Origin: an uncultured Chloroflexia bacterium
GTDB taxonomy: Bacteria; Chloroflexota; Limnocylindria; Limnocylindrales; CSP1-4
NCBI GenBank assembly: GCA_963766735.1
Contig: CAVYBU010000008.1
Coordinates: forward strand, 64,001-128,000
Length of the DNA: 64,000 nt
Direction: 5' to 3'
In this document: positions 28,721-38,148 of the stretch, in pieces
How positions within the stretch are numbered: the stretch's first letter is position 1
How the letters are laid out: the number at the start of each line of letters is the position of its first letter
Position numbers and translations under genes: made by a program
Notes under the pieces: model-generated
Told to the model about the DNA's origin: nothing
The model's database searches: none
Seen by the model: the letters and a program-made list of their open reading frames with translations, nothing else

Positions 28721-30277
28721 ATGACCCTCACTGCCACTGACCTGCTGCTCGAGGCCACGGGCATCTCCAAGACCTACGGCGCGGTCGTCGCGCTCAAGGC
28801 CGCGTCCCTTGCCGTCCGCCCGGGCGAGGTCCATGCGCTGATGGGCGCCAACGGCGCCGGCAAGAGCACCTTCGTCAAGATCCTGACGGGCGCCGTTCAT
28901 CCCGACAGCGGCCGGATCGTCGTGCGTGGCCGGCAGCGCGTCGTCCACTCACCGGGCGAGGCGCGCCGCGGCGGTCTCGTGCCCGTCTACCAGGAGCCGG
29001 CGCTGATCCCGGACCTGGACATCCGGGACAACCTCCGCCTCACCGATACGCCCCTGGAGCCATTCCTCTACTGGCTCGGCGAGCTGGGCCTGCAGGACCT
29101 CGATCTGTCGAGCATGGCGCGGCGTGTGCCGCTGGCCTCGCTCCGGATCATCGACCTCGCCCGTGCCCTCGCGATCGAGCCCGACGTGCTGATGCTCGAC
29201 GAGATGACCGCCGCGTTGCCGGCGAACCTCACGGAGCGGGTCCTCGAGGTGGTGGGTCGCCAGCGGGGCGGCGACCGGTGCGTGATCTTCATCTCCCACC
29301 GCATGATCGAGATCGCTGCCGTCTGCGACCGGGCAACCGTGCTGCGCGAGGGCGAGACGGTTGGTGTCGTGGACCTGGCTGATGGCGCCGAGGACGAGAT
29401 CGTGGCGCTCATGCTGGGCGAGTCGTCCGACGATCTGCCCGGTGTTGCCCTGCGCACGGCCGCGGCCACCCGGTCACCCGGCGCCAGGCCGCGCATCGCG
29501 GCCCGCGACCTCAGTGCACGCAAGAAGCTTCACGACGTCTCGTTCGATCTCTACCCGGGCGAGGTGCTGGGCGTCGTCGCCCTCGAGGGCCAGGGCCAGG
29601 ACGAGCTGTTCGAGATCCTGTCGGGCTCGGAGCGTCCCCGCAGTGGTCGCCTGCTCGTCGACGACGCGCCGGTGTCGTTCCGCCACCCGGCCGACGCCAT
29701 CCGGGCCGGTCTCGTCTACGTGCCGGCAGACCGGGCCGAGGCCCTGCTGATGCAGCGGTCGGTCCGCGAGAACATCGCGCTCCCGTTCACCACGGCCATG
29801 CGTCGCTGGGGCCTGATCGGGACCACGGAGGAGAAGAGGAAGGTGGAGGGCGGCATCGAGACCCTCCAGATCGACACGCGAGCCCAGGGCGAGGTCCGGC
29901 GCCTCTCCGGAGGCAACCAGCAGAAGGTCACGATCGCCCGGTGGGTCGCGGGTGGCGTGCGGACGCTGCTGTGCTTCGATCCCACCCGCGGAATCGACAT
30001 CCGGACCAAGAACCAGATCTACCGGCTGCTGCGCGATCTCGCGGACGCCGGGGCGGCAGTGCTGTTCTACACGTCCGAGCTCAAGGAGGTCCAGCTGGTC
30101 TGCGACCGCGCGATCGTGATCTTCGGTGGCCAGGTGGTCGCGGAGATCCCCGTCGCCGATGCTGACGAGCCGGCGTTGCTGCGGGCCGCCTACAACCTTG
30201 CGGCCGATTCGGTGATCCCGCAACTGGCCCGGCTCGCGCCGGCCGGGAGCCACGGCGACCCGGAGGACGTGCGATGA
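28721..30277 (+). CDS. Sugar ABC transporter ATP-binding protein (CUT2, two NBDs)
   Basis: GANGAGKST, FISHR, LSGGNQQKV, DPTRGID. Confidence 0.94.
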   Translation: MTLTATDLLLEATGISKTYGAVVALKAASLAVRPGEVHALMGANGAGKSTFVKILTGAVHPDSGRIVVRGRQRVVHSPGEARRGGLVPVYQEPALIPDLDIRDNLRLTDTPLEPFLYWLGELGLQDLDLSSMARRVPLASLRIIDLARALAIEPDVLMLDEMTAALPANLTERVLEVVGRQRGGDRCVIFISHRMIEIAAVCDRATVLREGETVGVVDLADGAEDEIVALMLGESSDDLPGVALRTAAATRSPGARPRIAARDLSARKKLHDVSFDLYPGEVLGVVALEGQGQDELFEILSGSERPRSGRLLVDDAPVSFRHPADAIRAGLVYVPADRAEALLMQRSVRENIALPFTTAMRRWGLIGTTEEKRKVEGGIETLQIDTRAQGEVRRLSGGNQQKVTIARWVAGGVRTLLCFDPTRGIDIRTKNQIYRLLRDLADAGAAVLFYTSELKEVQLVCDRAIVIFGGQVVAEIPVADADEPALLRAAYNLAADSVIPQLARLAPAGSHGDPEDVR

Positions 30278-31263
30278 CAGCGACGATCGCCCCCGTCCCC
30301 CGCACCGTCCCGATCGTGTCGGCCCTGCAGCGCAACGCCTGGACCATTGGTCTGATCGCGTTCCTGGGGCTGCTCCTGGTCTTCACCAAGTTCATCCAGC
30401 CGAGCTACGGGGTCACGGGGGTCCAGGGGCTCGCGATCTCGGTCCTGCCACTGGCGCTGGCGGCCGTGGCGCAGGCCATCGTCGTCATCTCGGGCGGGAT
30501 CGACCTCTCGGTCGGGGCGATGATGGCGCTGACGAGCGTCGTCTCGGCCTCCCAGATGAAGGGCCAGCCCGAGGAGTTCGGCGTCGTCGTCGTGATCGGC
30601 GTCCTCCTCCTGGGTCTGGCGCTGGGCGCCATCAACGGTGGTGTCGTCGTTGTGACCCGGGTGCCGGACATCGTGGTCACCCTGGCGATGTCCTTCGTCT
30701 GGGCCGGCTTCGCCCTGCTGGTGCTCAAGACGCCGGGCGGCGGCTCCGTCGCCTGGCTCAAGGATCTCGTCCTGGGCTCGCTCGGCAACGAGTGGATCCC
30801 CAAGGCCGCCGTCGTCCTCATCCTGGTTGTCGCCGTGGTCTGGATCCCCTTGCGGCGTTCGCGTCTCGGTCTCTCGATCTACGCCATCGGCAGCAACCGC
30901 CTCGCAGCCTTCCGCAGTGGCGTGGCCGTCGGCCGGACGAAGATCATGGCCTATGCCTTCACGGGCCTGTTCGCGGCGCTGGGTGGCCTGTCGCTCACCG
31001 CCAGCACCGGGATCGGGACGCCCGTGCCGGGGCCCTACACGCTCATGAGCGTGGCGGCCGTGGTGCTCGGTGGTGTCAGCCTCGCCGGTGGCCGGGGAGG
31101 CGTGTTCGGACCGATCGTGGCGGTCATGATCCTCCAGCTCATCCGGACCGACATCACGTTCCTCAGGATCAACCCGAACCTTGCAGTCGTGGTCCAGGGG
31201 GTCATCCTCATCGGAGTGGTCATGATCGGCAGCCTGGTCCAGATCCGGCGGGCACGCGCATGA
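30274..31263 (+). CDS. Sugar ABC transporter permease
   Basis: ISGGIDLSVGA, YAIGSN, AAVVLGGVSLAGGRG. Confidence 0.94.
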   Translation: MTATIAPVPRTVPIVSALQRNAWTIGLIAFLGLLLVFTKFIQPSYGVTGVQGLAISVLPLALAAVAQAIVVISGGIDLSVGAMMALTSVVSASQMKGQPEEFGVVVVIGVLLLGLALGAINGGVVVVTRVPDIVVTLAMSFVWAGFALLVLKTPGGGSVAWLKDLVLGSLGNEWIPKAAVVLILVVAVVWIPLRRSRLGLSIYAIGSNRLAAFRSGVAVGRTKIMAYAFTGLFAALGGLSLTASTGIGTPVPGPYTLMSVAAVVLGGVSLAGGRGGVFGPIVAVMILQLIRTDITFLRINPNLAVVVQGVILIGVVMIGSLVQIRRARA

Positions 31264-32258
31264 GCGGCGTTGCCAGCGCCCCCGACACCCGCAGTCCCTG
31301 GCTCACGGCCACCGCGTGGCAGGGCCTGTTCCGGGACCGTCCACTCATCCCGCTGCTCGTCCTGCTCGCGCTGCTCGTCGCCGTCCTGGGGCTGGTCAAG
31401 CCGGACATCATCCAGCCCGGCTGGGTGGGTGTGACGCTGCGAGCCGCCATCCCGCTCGCGATCCTCGGTGCATGCCAGACCCTCACCTTCCTCACCGGTG
31501 GCATCGACCTCTCCGTCGGAGCCGTCGCCTCCATGTCCGGGTTCGTGGTCGCGACGCTCGCCGGCGACCAGGGGCTGGGCGTGGCTCTCATCGTCGCGCT
31601 CGCGATCGCAGCCTTCGTCGGCTTCCTGACGGGTATCGGCGTGGGAGTGTTCAGGGTCCACCCGCTGATCATGACCCTGGGCATGGGCCTGGTCGTCCTC
31701 GGCCTGGCGAACGTCTGGCAGCTGATCATGGTCAAGACCGGCTCGGGTGTGCCCGACGTCGAGCGGTGGCTGGGGTCGGGCCTGACCTTCGACATGCTGC
31801 CCAACAGCCTGTTCGTCTTCGTGCCGCTGGCAGCCCTGATCCTGCTCCTGCTGCGGCGCACCGGCTACGGCCGGCTGCTGTACGCGGTCGGCGACAACCC
31901 CGTCGCCTCACGCCTGTCCGGCGCCCGTTCCTGGCAGGTCCTGATCGTGCTGTACATGCTCTCGGCCGCCATCGCGGCCGTCGCCGGCTTCCTCATCTCC
32001 GGCCTCACGAACGTGGCCAGCGTGACGCTTGTCGACTCGTACGTCCTGCCGTCGGTCGCGGCGGCGGTCATCGGTGGCACGTCGATCATGGGTGGCCGCG
32101 GGGGGTACTCGGGCACGATCGTGGGCGCGCTGATCCTGACCGTCCTGACCTCGCTGCTCACGGTTCTCGGGTTCCCGGAGGCGGTGCGCCAGATCCTGTT
32201 CGGGTCGATCATCGTCGCCGTGGCGGCTGCGTACACCCGTGTCACGTCGGAGTCCTGA
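31260..32258 (+). CDS. Sugar ABC transporter permease
   Basis: LTGGIDLSVGA, YAVGDN, AAAVIGGTSIMGGRG; ATGA overlap. Confidence 0.94.
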   Translation: MSGVASAPDTRSPWLTATAWQGLFRDRPLIPLLVLLALLVAVLGLVKPDIIQPGWVGVTLRAAIPLAILGACQTLTFLTGGIDLSVGAVASMSGFVVATLAGDQGLGVALIVALAIAAFVGFLTGIGVGVFRVHPLIMTLGMGLVVLGLANVWQLIMVKTGSGVPDVERWLGSGLTFDMLPNSLFVFVPLAALILLLLRRTGYGRLLYAVGDNPVASRLSGARSWQVLIVLYMLSAAIAAVAGFLISGLTNVASVTLVDSYVLPSVAAAVIGGTSIMGGRGGYSGTIVGALILTVLTSLLTVLGFPEAVRQILFGSIIVAVAAAYTRVTSES

Positions 32259-32285
32259 GCGAGTTCCGGCGGAGGGAGCGATACG

Positions 32286-33221
32286 ATGACGGCGGGGACA
32301 GCGACGCGCCACCTGGGCCTTGATCTGGGCGCGACCAACCTCAAGTGGGCCGTGGTGGAGCACGCCGATGGCGCCTGGACGACGGTTGCCCACGACCAGG
32401 CGCCGACGAGGATCGTCGCCGATGCCGACGCCGTCCCGGCCGCGGTCACCGCCCAGCTGGGGGAGATCGCCGCGGCCGCCATCGTCTCGTGGGGGCCCGT
32501 CCTCAGCATCGGTATCGGGGTGCCGGGCCTGTACGACCCCGCCCACGGAACGACCCGGTTCCTGCCCAACATCCCGGGGCCGTGGGATGGCCATGCCGTT
32601 GCAGGACCGGTGGCCGAAGCAGCGGGAGTGCCGGCGCACCTGATCAACGACGCCAGGGCGTTCGGCCTGGCGGAGCTGCGGCTGGGGGCGGGACGAGGTG
32701 CCTCCTCGATGATCGGGCTGACGCTCGGGACCGGCGTCGGCGGCGCGTTCGCCGTCGACGGGCGCATCCACCTGGGCCACGATGGGACGGGCGGGGAGCT
32801 CGGACACCAGACCATCGATCCCGACGGGCCGTGGTGCACCTGCGGCAACCGCGGCTGCATGGAGGCCTTCGCCCGGGCGGACCAGATCGCCGCGGCCTGT
32901 GGAACTGCGACAGTCGAGGAGGCAATCCGGGCCGCACGGGCCGGCGAGCCCAGGGCGCTGGCGGGCGTCGCCGACGTGGGCCGGTACCTGGGGATCGGGA
33001 TCGCGAACATGGTCGTCGTGATCTCGCCGGACCGGATCGTCATCGGCGGCGGAGTCGCGGCCGCGGCAGACCTGCTGTTCGCGTCCATCTGGGCAGAGGT
33101 CCGGCGTCGGGTCCACATCACGACCCTCGACGACGTGAAGCTGGTCCCGGCGGAGCTGGGAACGTGGGCAGGCTCGATCGGTGCCGCCGTGCATGGCGCG
33201 GAACAGGCCGGCGTCGTGTGA
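32286..33221 (+). CDS. ROK-family sugar kinase
   Basis: GLDLGATN, GVPG, INDARA, GTGVGG, GELGH, CTCGNRGCME; no HTH. Confidence 0.9.
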   Translation: MTAGTATRHLGLDLGATNLKWAVVEHADGAWTTVAHDQAPTRIVADADAVPAAVTAQLGEIAAAAIVSWGPVLSIGIGVPGLYDPAHGTTRFLPNIPGPWDGHAVAGPVAEAAGVPAHLINDARAFGLAELRLGAGRGASSMIGLTLGTGVGGAFAVDGRIHLGHDGTGGELGHQTIDPDGPWCTCGNRGCMEAFARADQIAAACGTATVEEAIRAARAGEPRALAGVADVGRYLGIGIANMVVVISPDRIVIGGGVAAAADLLFASIWAEVRRRVHITTLDDVKLVPAELGTWAGSIGAAVHGAEQAGVV

Positions 33222-33973
33222 TGCCCCCGACGGCGTGGCTCCCGCACTACCGCCAGATCGAGCTGGCTCTCCGTGAGCGCGTCCCGACGCTGCGCCCGGG
33301 TGAACGGCTCCCCTCCGACAGCGACCTGTGCCGGGAGTTCGGGGTCAGCCGGATGACGGCCCGCAACGCCATGCAGCGGCTGGCCGACGACGGGCTGGTG
33401 CGGCGCATCCCCGGCCGGGGCACCTTCGTGGTGGAGCCGCCCGCCCACCGTCACGCGGACCGGCTGATGGCCTTCTCGCACGAGATGGAGCGCAGGGGCC
33501 GCCGGGCCGGCTCGCGGCTGCTCGCCCGCGAGATCCGCCCCGCCACGGAGGCCGAGGCCACCGCCCTGGAGATCCGCCCGGCAGAGCCCGTGGTGCTGGT
33601 GCGGCGTCTCCGCCTGGCCGACGATGTCCCGATGGCGATCGAGACGGCGGTCCTGATCGGCCGCACCGCGGACGCGGTCATGGTGGCCGACCTCGAGGCC
33701 GGGTCGCTGCACGAGGCCCTCGCCCGGGTCGGCCTCCAGCTCCGGCGCGGGCACGCCACGATCACGGCCGAGGCCGCCTCGCCCGAGGACGCGCTCCTGC
33801 TCGGGGTGCGCGCCGGGGAGCCCCTGCTGGTGGAGCGGCGCGTCATCCTGGGCGTCCAGGGCCGGCCGGTCGAGGCGACCGAATCGCGCTACCCGGGGCA
33901 CCTCTACGCGCTCGACGTCCGGTTCGAGGTGCAGGACGGCACCCATGCCGGAGCCGGGGACGGCGCCGCGTGA
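33221..33973 (+). CDS. GntR/HutC (UTRA) transcriptional regulator, DasR/NagR-like
   Basis: LPSDSDLCREFGVSRMTARNA...RIPGRGTFV wHTH followed by a UTRA domain; GTG at 33218 is an alternative start. Confidence 0.92.
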   Translation: MPPTAWLPHYRQIELALRERVPTLRPGERLPSDSDLCREFGVSRMTARNAMQRLADDGLVRRIPGRGTFVVEPPAHRHADRLMAFSHEMERRGRRAGSRLLAREIRPATEAEATALEIRPAEPVVLVRRLRLADDVPMAIETAVLIGRTADAVMVADLEAGSLHEALARVGLQLRRGHATITAEAASPEDALLLGVRAGEPLLVERRVILGVQGRPVEATESRYPGHLYALDVRFEVQDGTHAGAGDGAA

Positions 33974-35373
33974 GCGGGGGCATGCCGGTGCGCCGCCTCC
34001 TGGTGCCGCCGCCGCTCGATGCCCGCTTCCGGCCCATGGCCCTCGCTCGAGCGGCGCTTCACGCCGAGATCGGCGCCAGCGGCGCTGGAGTCCCGGTTGC
34101 GCTGGCCATCGAGCAGCCCACCGGCTCCGCCTGGCGCCGCGAGACGGTCGTCTACCCACCGGGCCACCCGGACGAGGACGCCTCCCACCGCGCCGTGGAG
34201 CGCCTGTGCAAGTTCCTCCTCTGGTCCCGTGGTGGGTCGCGCCTCTACGTGGACGGGCCCCCGGCACTGGTCGCGTACCTCGACCGCCACTACGCGGCGG
34301 ATCCCGCGGGCATGTTCGACGCCGCGTTCATGGGCCCGCGGCTGTTCGGCACGCCGTTCGAGGTCGTGGGTGTCCCGAAGGCCGACTTCCCTCCGTCGCG
34401 CGAGGCCGCCGTCGCGCTCGGCCGCCATCTCGACGGGTGCCGGATCGGCTTCGATCTCGGCGCCAGCGATCGCAAGGCCGCAGCCGTGATCGACGGCGAG
34501 GTCGTCTTCAGCGAGGAGATCCCCTGGGACCCCTCGCGGCACGCGGATCCCCAGTGGCACTTCGACCAGGTCATGGACTCGTTGCGCCGCGCCGCTGCCC
34601 ACCTGCCGCGGGTGGATGCCATCGGCGGCAGCTCGGCAGGTGCCTACGTTGACAACGAGGTGCGGGCCGCGTCGCTGTTCCGGGCCGTTCCCCCGGAGGC
34701 GTTCGAGAACCGCATCCGGGGGCTGTTCCACGAGCTGCAGCAGGCCTGGGGCGGCATTCCCTTCGTGGTCGTGAACGACGGGGAGGTGACCGCGCTGGCG
34801 GGCTCGATGATGGCCGGCACCGGCGGCCTGCTGGGGATCGCGATGGGGTCCAGCCAGGCCGCGGGCTACGTGGATCGCGAGGGTCGCCTGACCTCGCGCA
34901 TCGACGAGCTCGCCTTCGCGCCGGTCGACGATGCACTGGACGCGCCGATGGACGAGTGGTCGGGTGACCGGGGCTGCGGCGTCCAGTACTTCTCGCAGCA
35001 GGCCACGGCGCGGCTCATGGCGCCGGCCGGCATCGACGTCGACGACCTGATGCCCCTGCCGGAGCGTCTCGTCCACCTGCAGGAGCGCATGGCGGCCGAG
35101 GATCCGCGCGCAGCGCTCGTCTACAGGACCGTCGGCAGCTACCTCGGATACACGTTGCTGACCTACCGCGAGGAGTACGACCTGGACCACCTCCTGCTGC
35201 TCGGGCGGGTCATGACCGGCGTCGGCGGCGACCTGATCATCGAGACTGCCCGCGCCGTGCTCGAGGCAGAGGACCCGGTCGCCTCGGAGGGGATCACGTT
35301 CCACGTCGCCGACGAGCACCAGAAGCGCCACGGCCAGGCGGTGGCGGCGGCAAGCCTGCCCGAGGTCCGCTGA
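33970..35373 (+). CDS. Atypical long ROK/ASKHA-fold protein, putative sugar kinase
   Basis: RIGFDLGASDRK, GGSSAG, VNDGEVTALAG, GIAMGSS; about 150-aa N-terminal extension; lacks CxCGxxGC. Confidence 0.8.
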   Translation: MSGGMPVRRLLVPPPLDARFRPMALARAALHAEIGASGAGVPVALAIEQPTGSAWRRETVVYPPGHPDEDASHRAVERLCKFLLWSRGGSRLYVDGPPALVAYLDRHYAADPAGMFDAAFMGPRLFGTPFEVVGVPKADFPPSREAAVALGRHLDGCRIGFDLGASDRKAAAVIDGEVVFSEEIPWDPSRHADPQWHFDQVMDSLRRAAAHLPRVDAIGGSSAGAYVDNEVRAASLFRAVPPEAFENRIRGLFHELQQAWGGIPFVVVNDGEVTALAGSMMAGTGGLLGIAMGSSQAAGYVDREGRLTSRIDELAFAPVDDALDAPMDEWSGDRGCGVQYFSQQATARLMAPAGIDVDDLMPLPERLVHLQERMAAEDPRAALVYRTVGSYLGYTLLTYREEYDLDHLLLLGRVMTGVGGDLIIETARAVLEAEDPVASEGITFHVADEHQKRHGQAVAAASLPEVR

Positions 35374-35402
35374 TGGCCGCCAGGCCAGCCACGCCCGGAG
35401 CG

Positions 35403-36554
35403 ATGTCGTCCCGGGAGCGTGTCCGGACGGCACTCGATCACAGGGAGCCGGACCGGATCCCGCTCGACCTCGGCGGCTCCCGGATGACCGGCATCCACGT
35501 GCGCGCCTATGCGGCGTTGCGCGCCGCGCTCGGCCTGCCGGAGGCGGAGATCCGGGTCGGAGACCTCACCCAGCAGCTCGCCGAGGTGGACACGGACGTC
35601 ATGGATCTGCTGGGCTGCGATGTCCGGCTCGTGGGACCGCGTCCGGCCGCCGGGTACCGCCGCGAGATCGTGGAGGCGGACGGGTACCGCTCGTTCCTCG
35701 ACGAGTGGGGCGTGGGGCGGCGGATGCCTATCGACGGGGGCATGTACTACGACTCGTTCGGAGCACCGCTCTCGGGCGAGGTGGACCGGGCGACGATCGA
35801 CGCCTTCCCGTGGCCCGATGCCACGGATCCCGGGCGGTACCTGGGCCTGGCGGAGTCCGCGCGACGGATCGTGGACGAGGAGGGTCGCGCCGTCCTCGTC
35901 AGCTCGATCTGTGGGGGTCTCACCGAGGGCCTGTTCAAGATGCGCGGGTTCGAGGACGGGTACATGGACCTGGCCGCCGAGCCCGAGCGCGCCCGCCAGG
36001 TCATGGAGAAGATCCTGGAGATCAAGCTCGCGTACTGGGAGCGAGCCCTGGCCGAGCTGGGCGACACCGTCGATGTCATCGGTGAGGCGGACGACCTGGG
36101 CGGTCAGGACCGACCGCTCTTCTCGCCGGCGACCTACCGGACGCTGGTGAAGCCGCTCCAGGCGGAGCTGTTCTCGTTCATCCGGGCGCGGACCACGGCC
36201 AAGGTGTTCTTTCACAGCTGCGGCGCGATCCGGGAGCTGATCCCGGACCTGATCGAGATCGGCGTGGACATCCTGAACCCCGTCCAGGTCTCGGCGTCGG
36301 GGATGGACAGTGCCTCGCTCAAGAGCGAGTTCGGGCGCGACATCACCTTCTGGGGCGGAGGCGTGGACACACAGGGGATCCTGGGCGGCGGGACGCCCGA
36401 CGAGGTCCGGGCGGAGGTCCGGCGCCGGATCGAGGACATGCGCGAGGGCGGCGGGTTCGTCTTCGCGACCGTCCACAACGTGCAGCCGAACGTGCCGCCC
36501 GGGAACCTCCTGGCGATGTGGGAGACGTGGCGCGAGGAGGCGGCATATGGGTAG
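35403..36554 (+). CDS. Uroporphyrinogen decarboxylase/MtaA-CmuA-fold protein
   Basis: MSSRERV..ALDHREPDRIPLD, DDLGGQ, FFHSCG, DILNPVQ, FWGGGVDTQ, GGFVFATVHNVQ; alternative start 35373. Confidence 0.88.
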   Translation: MSSRERVRTALDHREPDRIPLDLGGSRMTGIHVRAYAALRAALGLPEAEIRVGDLTQQLAEVDTDVMDLLGCDVRLVGPRPAAGYRREIVEADGYRSFLDEWGVGRRMPIDGGMYYDSFGAPLSGEVDRATIDAFPWPDATDPGRYLGLAESARRIVDEEGRAVLVSSICGGLTEGLFKMRGFEDGYMDLAAEPERARQVMEKILEIKLAYWERALAELGDTVDVIGEADDLGGQDRPLFSPATYRTLVKPLQAELFSFIRARTTAKVFFHSCGAIRELIPDLIEIGVDILNPVQVSASGMDSASLKSEFGRDITFWGGGVDTQGILGGGTPDEVRAEVRRRIEDMREGGGFVFATVHNVQPNVPPGNLLAMWETWREEAAYG

Positions 36555-37677
36555 CGTGCGGGCGGTGGTCGTTCGTGGGCGGCTCGTCCTGGACGAGGCG
36601 ATCGTCCCGGGGCGGCTGCACGTGCAGGACGGCTGGATCGCGGCCATCGAGCCCGATGACGCCGAGGCGTCCGGGCCGCTCGTCGTGCCGGGGTTCGTGG
36701 ACGTGCACGTGCACGGGTGGGGCGGTCACGACGCGATGGGCTCCACGGCAGACCTGGACGGGATGGCGCGGGCGCTGCTGCGGCACGGCGTGACGTCGTT
36801 CCTGCCCACCGCGGTGACGGCCTCGCTCGACACGTTGCGGGAGTTCGCGGATCGGGTGCGCGGCTGGATACCCGAGGCGCCGCTGGACGGTTCCGCGCCG
36901 CTGGGCTTCAACCTGGAGGGGCCGTTCATCTCGCCCGCGCGCAAGGGGGCGCAGAACCCGGCCTTCATCGCGGACGCGTCGGCGGTTGCCTTCGAGTCGC
37001 TGGCTCCGCTGCTGCCGGGAATGAAGGTCATGACCGTCGCGCCGGAGATCCCCGGAGGGCTGGGGCTGATCGGCTGGCTGGCGGCCAACGGGGTGGCTCC
37101 CTCCCTGGGTCACTCGGCCGCCACCGTGGATCAGGCTCGGGCAGGCTACGCGGCCGGCGGTCGCACCACGACCCACCTGTTCAACGCGATGACCGGGGTC
37201 GTGCACCACGCGCCGGGTCTGGCAGTCGCGGCGCTGACCGATGATGCCGCGTACGTGGAGCTCATCGCGGACGGCCACCATGTGCATCCCTCGCTGTGGC
37301 CGATCATCACGCGGACCAAGCCCGCTGACCGGTTGATCCTGGTGAGCGACGCGCTGGCGATCGCCGGGATGGGCGAGGGGCGCAGCCTGAGCGGCGGCCT
37401 GGACGTGGAGGTCAAGGGAAGTCGCCTCACCCTCGCCGGCACGGACACCCTGGCGGGAAGCGTGATCGCGCTGGACTCGGCCGTCCGCAACCTCGTCCGG
37501 TCGGGTCTCCCGCTTCCCGTGGCCTCGGCTGCAGCCAGCCGCAACCCGCTGGCGCTGTTGGGCATTACCGACCGCGGCCGGCTCGCCGTCGGTCAGCGCG
37601 CGGACCTCGTGGAGCTGGACGACGATCTCGCCGTGCGCAGGGTCACCCATGATGGGGAGTGGCTCGTCCCTGGCTGA
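36547..37677 (+). CDS. nagA: N-acetylglucosamine-6-phosphate deacetylase
   Basis: PGFVDVHVHG, GVTSFLPT, LEGPF, TVAPE, LGHS, THLFNAM, ADGHHV, SDA, LAGS. Confidence 0.94.
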   Translation: MGSVRAVVVRGRLVLDEAIVPGRLHVQDGWIAAIEPDDAEASGPLVVPGFVDVHVHGWGGHDAMGSTADLDGMARALLRHGVTSFLPTAVTASLDTLREFADRVRGWIPEAPLDGSAPLGFNLEGPFISPARKGAQNPAFIADASAVAFESLAPLLPGMKVMTVAPEIPGGLGLIGWLAANGVAPSLGHSAATVDQARAGYAAGGRTTTHLFNAMTGVVHHAPGLAVAALTDDAAYVELIADGHHVHPSLWPIITRTKPADRLILVSDALAIAGMGEGRSLSGGLDVEVKGSRLTLAGTDTLAGSVIALDSAVRNLVRSGLPLPVASAAASRNPLALLGITDRGRLAVGQRADLVELDDDLAVRRVTHDGEWLVPG

Positions 37678-37693
37678 GCATCTGCCAGGTGGG

Positions 37694-37722
37694 TTGACGT
37701 GGTCCGGAAGTCCGGTCACAGT
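37694..37722 (+). promoter_or_regulatory. Sigma70-like promoter TTGACG-17-CACAGT, 6 nt before ATG (leaderless)
   Basis: Canonical spacing; no SD before the 37729 ATG. Confidence 0.55.
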
Positions 37723-37728
37723 CCCGCG

Positions 37729-38106
37729 ATGGATCCCGACGCCGCATCGGTCGCTCGCGAGCTGCGTGACCGGGAGCCAGTCTTCCACCGCCCGGAACAT
37801 GGAACGAGCCGCGCCAACTTCGAGGCGATGACCGTCCCGGACTACTGGGAGGTTGGCGCGTCGGGTCGCGTCTACGACCGCCTGGTGTGTCTCAAGGAGC
37901 TTGAGCGCCGCTACGCGGACGCGGCGTATGACCCCCTCGAGGGCCTCCAGGTGAGCGACTTCGCTGTCCGCGAGGCAGGGGCCGACACCTGGCTGGCGAC
38001 CTACCAGCTCCTCCAGGGCGAGCGACGGACCCGGCGTGTCTCGGTGTGGCGAAGGACGATCGCCGGGTGGGTCCTCGTCTATCACCAGGGCACGGTGATC
38101 GGGTGA
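37729..38106 (+). CDS. DUF4440/NTF2-like protein
   Basis: REPVFHRPE, YWEVGASGRVY, TRRVSVWRR..GWVLVYHQGT. Confidence 0.85.
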   Translation: MDPDAASVARELRDREPVFHRPEHGTSRANFEAMTVPDYWEVGASGRVYDRLVCLKELERRYADAAYDPLEGLQVSDFAVREAGADTWLATYQLLQGERRTRRVSVWRRTIAGWVLVYHQGTVIG

Positions 38107-38148
38107 CCGGCCGACCCCGACGGGCGACGGGCGACAGCCTGGCTCCAG

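Noticed and set aside
27005-28948. Long 647-aa antisense ORF, and similar ones at 387-1697, 8278-9891, 31865-34267, 41378-43588 and 57948-59579
   Set aside because: Shadow ORFs opposite well-supported genes; expected at high GC where stops are rare; no motifs
35403-36554. Calling this gene hemE
   Set aside because: Lacks the RQAGR motif of true uroporphyrinogen decarboxylases and has no heme context
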